Assembly: GCF_000281045.1 (NCBI RefSeq)
Contig: NW_008246075.1
Location: 999,229-1,037,236 of the forward strand
Length of the DNA: 38,008 nt
Reading direction: 5' to 3'
Source: Saprolegnia diclina VS20
Lineage: Eukaryota
Every line of letters starts with the position of its first letter. Within the stretch, counting starts at the first letter, position 1. Positions 32,519 through 38,008 of this stretch are shown here, piece after piece. The notes beneath the pieces are model-generated. The model saw only the letters and a program-made list of their open reading frames with translations, was not told the origin of the DNA and made no database searches. The position numbers and the translations under genes are program-made.

Positions 32519-35247
32519 CGGAAATGAAATTGAAAACTGATGCGTCTACTGGCTTGACGTGGTGCAGTAGTAGTAGCCGCGCATGTCCTTCGGATTAGTA
32601 GGTCAGCCGGCCGCGTCCCACTGTTGCCAGCTGCTCCAACCTACTCATCGTGTTCCTTGAATGTGCGGTAAGCAGACTTGTTGCATCCAAGTATAGTTGG
32701 GGATGTGCCGATTCGTTATATGACCCCCTCACGCAACACCGCGCGTTGGTTGTAGAGAGCCGTGGAGGATACTGTCTATATGAAAAAGGTAGCGTATCGT
32801 CCACCTCTTGGTGGTAAGGCAGCACCCAGAACCCAATCAAAAGCGGTGCACAGCACCTTTGCCTCTGTTCTTGAGCGATTTGGCCATCCATTCCCTCATT
32901 TTGTTCCAGCTCGTATGCTGTGTTTGTGTTCTTTTCGAATGGCGACGATGCACCGCACGGGGTTCTAGAGGCTCCGGAAAAAGCCGCGGTGCCCATCACG
33001 CCACACTGACGTGAGGGGTGCCTGCATCCATTAAGAGTGGAAGGATTCGCCAAATATGTCTGCGTGGCCTGGACACGCCGCCCGTTTTCGTTTCTAGTAG
33101 ACTATTACTATGTTTCGTGAGTAGCAAATTCGATTTGCCAAGCGCAGTTGAAAGCGATGTGAGCCTGTAATGCCGGTTCCATGATTTGTTGCTCGTTCTG
33201 AAGACGCCCGTGGGACTTTGTCCGCATCGATGCCCTCCTTTCCGCTGGGCATGCACCTCTGGAAGTTGCTTCCTGCATTCGCGTAGAGTCATCCCAACGG
33301 GGGCGAACTCGTGACGCCGGCGACGCGGCGTGGGATAATACAACCCCGCGGCTTACCACGGACGCGAGTAATGTTCGATGCGACACCTGCGCAGCAAATA
33401 GCTCGATATATATCAGAAACCAGGGTTTCACTTTATTTATTTCACTGGATATTCGACTGTCTCGACGCAATTGAGTCCACTAGCACGAGGGCAATGTTCT
33501 AGTGGCGTTTAAAAATTGCAGAATTTGAGAATTTCGGACGGGGTCGACTTTGGTGCCACACGGGCCAAGCGGTCGAAGCAAGGTACCTCGCGTTATGCCA
33601 ACTCAGACGGTACACCCAGACGCATACATTGTGCCATTGGGTACATCCCTCCGGCGTCGGCCGCTGGCTCGTCCCGTCTGCGCCCGTATGGCACTGGGTT
33701 ATTCTTCTTTCTTGACTAACTGCAGCGCATTCTTTCTCGGGAAAGCGTCCCACGCCAAATCGAATCTTGCACTGGGTGCACCGTTACTCGCCTCGCCTTA
33801 CCACCGATTGGCATTGCCATGGACTGCGCCATGATCGTCGTCGTGCCCAGTGTCATGGATAGCTCACCGGACTTTAATTTATCGCGTTTAAATGTAGTAA
33901 TTGTTGGGGCATTTGATCGCCGAGCCATCGGGGTTCTGTGGCACTCGTGCTGGCCTCCTCCGACTTGGAAATCCCACGTAATTTTCACGTCGTGCAAAAC
34001 GCAGCGTCGCATAGCGTCTGACAAAGCCAGAATATTATTGTCGCGCCTCGTACTCTTCTTGGCATTGAAGAGCTGCACAGACATGCAGCAGAACCCAAAG
34101 AATCCACAGTACCGAACGTAGAGGATCGATACCGAGCCCCGAAATCGCATGCACAGCGAGTTGCGCTGGGACAAAAAGAAGGGGGATGTTTCGGTTGACG
34201 AGAAGCTACCGTGATCGGTGCCCATCAACTCATCATCCAAGGGACACCTGATTCTTCGCGTGGTAAGAGCCGCGTCATGCGCTACACATTGTGGTTCCCA
34301 ACGTAAACCCAGATGCACGAGACGCCGAAGTGCCAATGATACAGGACCCGTCTTGAAAGATACGCCGAGTGTGCAAGCAAGCAGTGGGATGGTCGCGTCG
34401 TCGGCGTCGCTCACTGGTCGAGTCTGAGCACGCTTACTCATTTAGAACCGCTGTGGTTGCAGTGCGCCAATGTTGCCAACGGCTCGATGACGCATTGCGC
34501 AACCTCTCGAAAGACAAGTGTGGTCGAGACGGAACAAGGCGGACTCGAACAGTACTCGAATTGCGATCCTGCCAGGTCTCGAGTCCAAATACGACGTTAT
34601 GTGCAAGGACGTCGGTGTAAGAACGCAACTAGCTGGAAAGGGCAAAGTCAAGGTCGGCTGTTGCAACGCCTACGACCACGGTCCGACAAGCGCCTCGCTC
34701 ATAGTGTCGAATCAACAACACATCGGAGCTGGTGCCTTCGCCTCCTTGTTGTGAGTAGCACGCTTATAATCCGTCGTCGACATTACACGAGAGCTGCAGC
34801 GTCTGGTGAGCAAACTGCTGGATCTGGGAGCGTTCCACAATCTACTAGTACGATGGTTGTTGGCGTTGGAGGCTCTGGTACAATCTCTTACGGTTTTAAA
34901 CTCTGGATGCTTCAACGATTGCTAGCAAGCTAAGCTAATCCAAACGACACCGTTCGCGTCCGAAGCTCGAGCGTAACCTTGACTGCTGAGCGCCGGCGTT
35001 TAGTCGGTAGGGCTGTTGGGAGACTGTCTTTAGAGGATGTGCTGTGTCACTTTCTTTCTTGGCTAACCTCGTGTGGCGCTGCAACATCTGGACTCCTTCT
35101 TTGATAGCATCGCTCGTGCGCGACCACGCCAGCTGGTGGCAAACTACAAAGCATTGACATCCTCAGACAGCTGGATCAGCTGGATCTGTACAAGCGACTG
35201 TGCCAGTGCGAATAAGCCTCATTTTTCATTTTGCTTTGCCCATAACC

Positions 35248-35667
35248 ATGCGCTGTGTGTTTCGCGACTGCTCCGAGCTCGTGCTCCCCAACTCGCACAA
35301 GTGTGCATTTCACAAGAACCGCCGCCTCTGCTCGGTCATTGGCTGTGAAAACCAAGTCTACGCCCGCAAGCTCTGCGTCAAGCACGGCGCCCGCAAGCGC
35401 TGCTCGTTCCCGAAATGCCGCGCCTTCACACAAGGCCATGCCGCGTGTCCCGACCACCACGTTTTGCGGTCCTCCAAGGCTTCGTCGCCGCCGGCAGCGT
35501 TTTCATACAGTCCGAGCAGCGTCGCTATGTACCACCACCACGCACCAATGGTCGCCTCGACACCATTTGCGCTCGAGGTGCGTAAAGAAAACTTCGATGC
35601 GGATGTCTTTGCGTGCACGCCGCAGTGGATTGATGCGATTGATCTTGCCTGGCTTGAAGCCATCTAA
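35248..35667 (+). CDS. Small WRKY19-like zinc-finger repeat protein (paralog 2)
   Basis: Same three fingers; tail TPQWIDAIDLAWLEAI; Inr CTCATTTTTCATTTTGC at 35218-35234. Confidence 0.84.
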   Translation: MRCVFRDCSELVLPNSHKCAFHKNRRLCSVIGCENQVYARKLCVKHGARKRCSFPKCRAFTQGHAACPDHHVLRSSKASSPPAAFSYSPSSVAMYHHHAPMVASTPFALEVRKENFDADVFACTPQWIDAIDLAWLEAI

Positions 35668-36569
35668 CGACTCGGCTATATAATTTATTCGTACTCTGTT
35701 TAAAATTCTATACTGGAGCGTATGCAACGAAGGTCTTGCCTGGCGGCGTAGTTTGCAGCACCAATCACAAGCCGCCAACGTAGCTAGACATTGCAGCAAT
35801 AAGATTCTGTGATACCGTGTTCTCCACCCGAGGACAAGCACGAGATAGGGCATCCTCGGCGGAAGGGGCGACAGCAGCCATCGATCCGCGGACATGTGTT
35901 TCACGTCACATGTTTTGTGCGAATCAAGATCACGAAGGATATGGTCGGGAGAGACGAAGTATACCTTGTATGGACTCGAGACATTGATCGCGATGACGAG
36001 AGACGGCTATATAACAATGAAATCGACCATCAAATACCATCCTTGTTGAGCGGCTCCTGCCCAGTTCAATGCTCCAGTCTACAGGAAGGTATTGCGTGGA
36101 CTGCATCAGGCAAACCATGAGCTGCTGTCTTCACCATCACGGTGGCTCGAGGCGATAGATGATGACTTTTGTGCTACATTCTTGATAAAGCTTCCGAACA
36201 GCCCGATTACCTCGGACGACTTCAGTCTCACGCAAAAGACGAGTGGTTGCACTGCACTTGGCCCAGCGCTAGTTTTTCGGAGCGCTAGACTCGCTTTCCC
36301 AGACGATGTTCGCTTTTCGACCTTGGGCCGGCGTATCTCTCATTTGGATGATGTAATTCAGTGACGTGCATGAGTCCTCATGGCGCCTGTGTCTGCAGTC
36401 CCGCGGAATTTCTTTATTCGCTAACCATGGGCCTTTCTTTCGCGGACCCTCCATGTGGGCGGCTGTATCCATCTGCACGGATGTCCCGCGCGCCCAGCTG
36501 TGCGCGTGGCTATACATACCTAGATCGATCTGCAACGCATTTTCCTTTTTGCTCTTCATCGCCACAACC

Positions 36570-36999
36570 ATGCGCTGCGTCTTTCGCGACTGCTCCGAGC
36601 CCGTGCTCTCCAACTCGGACAAGTGTGCATTTCACAAGAACCGCCGCCTCTGCTCGGTCATTGGCTGCGAAAACCAAGTCTACGCCCGCAAGCTCTGCGT
36701 CAAGCACGGCGCACGCAAGCGCTGCTCGTTCCCGAAATGCCGCGCCTACACACAAGGCCATGCCGCGTGTCCCGACCACCACGTCTGGCTCCCCCAAGGC
36801 CTCGTCACCACCGACATCGCTGCCGTACAGTCCGAGCAGCGTCGCTGGGTACTACCACCACGCTCCAATGGCTTCGTCACCATTGTACGCGCTGGAGCTT
36901 TGCAGAGAGAGCCTCGACGCCGTCGTCGTTGCCTGTACACCGCAGTGGCTTGACGCTATCGACCTCGCCTGGCTGGACGTGATTGAGCGAGCCATTTAA
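36570..36999 (+). pseudogene. WRKY19-like zinc-finger paralog 3, frameshifted just after the fingers
   Basis: GTCTGGCTCCCCCAAGGCC is 2 nt shorter than GTTTTGCGGTCCTCCAAGGCT in paralog 2 (near 36785). The conserved tail CTPQWLDAIDLAWLDVI lies in another frame ending at 36999, while the ATG frame ends at 36953. Confidence 0.75.
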
Positions 37000-37198
37000 T
37001 AGGTAGCCAAGCTGCCTCCGATGCAATAATTTATGTGTTTACCCACTCGACATTGATGACTCGTCGAATGCGCCCATGTCGAACAAAGGAATTCATGGNN
37101 NNNNNNNNNNNNNNNNNNNNNNNNNNNNNNNNNNNNNNNNNNNNNNNNNNNNNNNNNNNNNNNNNNNNNNNNNNNNNNNNNNNNNNNNNNNNNNNNNN

Positions 37199-37293
37199 TC
37201 AGCGTCGTGTTTTTGTATGGCAGCGACAAGTAGAGACGACAGCGATCGCATCCTAATTCCAATACACTGTCTTGCCCGCTGGATCCTGTGCCG
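37199..37293 (+). repeat. 95-bp duplicate of the WBP1 3' end (22015-22109); probable contig overlap
   Basis: Identical sequence; one copy ends at a gap and the other starts at a gap. Confidence 0.88.
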
Positions 37294-38008
37294 AAAAAAG
37301 ATTAAAAATGCGCGGAGCCCGGTAGAAAAATGAGCGAGGCTGGAAACGGCAGAAAAATGAGCGGACGCGATGTGTATAAAGGGTTAAATCCGTTGTCCAA
37401 TCAAACCCGAGCCGGCACTCTTGCCAAAGGCTCTGCCAGGGAAAGGGGAAGGGTAATTTTGGGCAATTTCGCTCATTTTCAAGAAGAGAAAGAGGTTTTC
37501 CGCGCGATGGGACGAGCAGTCACGAACAACAGAAGAACAGAAGCACAGAAGGACAGAAATCCAAGCAGCAAAACAAGCCAAGGCACAGAGCGGCCCCGCT
37601 CTGATCATTCCGCATTTTGCAGCCCGTAGCAAATTAGCTAACCCACCTCGCCCACCACTGGGCAGGCGGGGCACCAATACATTCGTTACCCCCCAATCTG
37701 CTCGGCCGTCTGCGAGGAAAAAAGGTACCACACAGGTATACAAACACCAGCATGAAAACCAGGAACGGCATGTTTAAAGGAGCACCCGCCATGAGCTCCC
37801 GCCATGCACAATTACCGCGCGCAGGGTACCGCTTGCACAAGATCGCCACGTCATATCGAACTTCCTCCTTCTTTTCTTCTCTTTCTTCGATTTAACAGGC
37901 ACACGTGTGTTTTAGTCCCACCATGTAAAGGGTAGTCGTCGCTCATTTTCAATCCGCACCCATCCTGTGCCGGATTTGTCAAATGTGTGTGTTGGCGTCT
38001 GTTATACC

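Larger units (their letters stand above)
2164..37198. other. Eight 100-N placeholder gaps: 2164-2263, 4992-5091, 5814-5913, 8704-8803, 11848-11947, 14623-14722, 22110-22209, 37099-37198
   Basis: All are exactly 100 N, so true sizes are unknown. Confidence 0.97.

Noticed and set aside
32600..35100. Several 70-240 aa ORFs between the zinc-finger genes
   Set aside because: No recognisable motifs and weak codon bias; probably decayed repeats or intergenic DNA.

Overview
Eukaryotic, intron-containing DNA from an oomycete, probably Saprolegniales (inferred from the TCATTT..CAATTTGC initiator motif, 46-58 nt introns and the gene families present). It is a draft scaffold with eight 100-N placeholder gaps, and some contigs overlap or are misordered. 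Main content: (1) four secreted GH6 cellulase-family genes with 2-4 tandem C-terminal PAN/Apple domains, plus an orphan 3' fragment. Two copies keep the catalytic EPD motif and two have the catalytic acid changed to Asn (EPN); one of those also has a second Asp>Asn and a frameshift. (2) The first exon of a secreted AA17-type lytic polysaccharide monooxygenase, hidden inside a chimeric ORF of the track. (3) A START-FYVE-WW gene, a PX-domain gene, WBP1/OST48, a second START-FYVE-like gene, and three small WRKY19-type Cys3His zinc-finger paralogs. (4) Transposon relics: a Mutator-like element with TIRs, a TA-flanked IS630/Tc1-mariner-like element, and the 3' end of a LINE. The strongest candidate for an undescribed system is the pairing of active and catalytically dead GH6-PAN paralogs next to an AA17 LPMO. 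All family calls come from motif recognition by eye; no searches were run.
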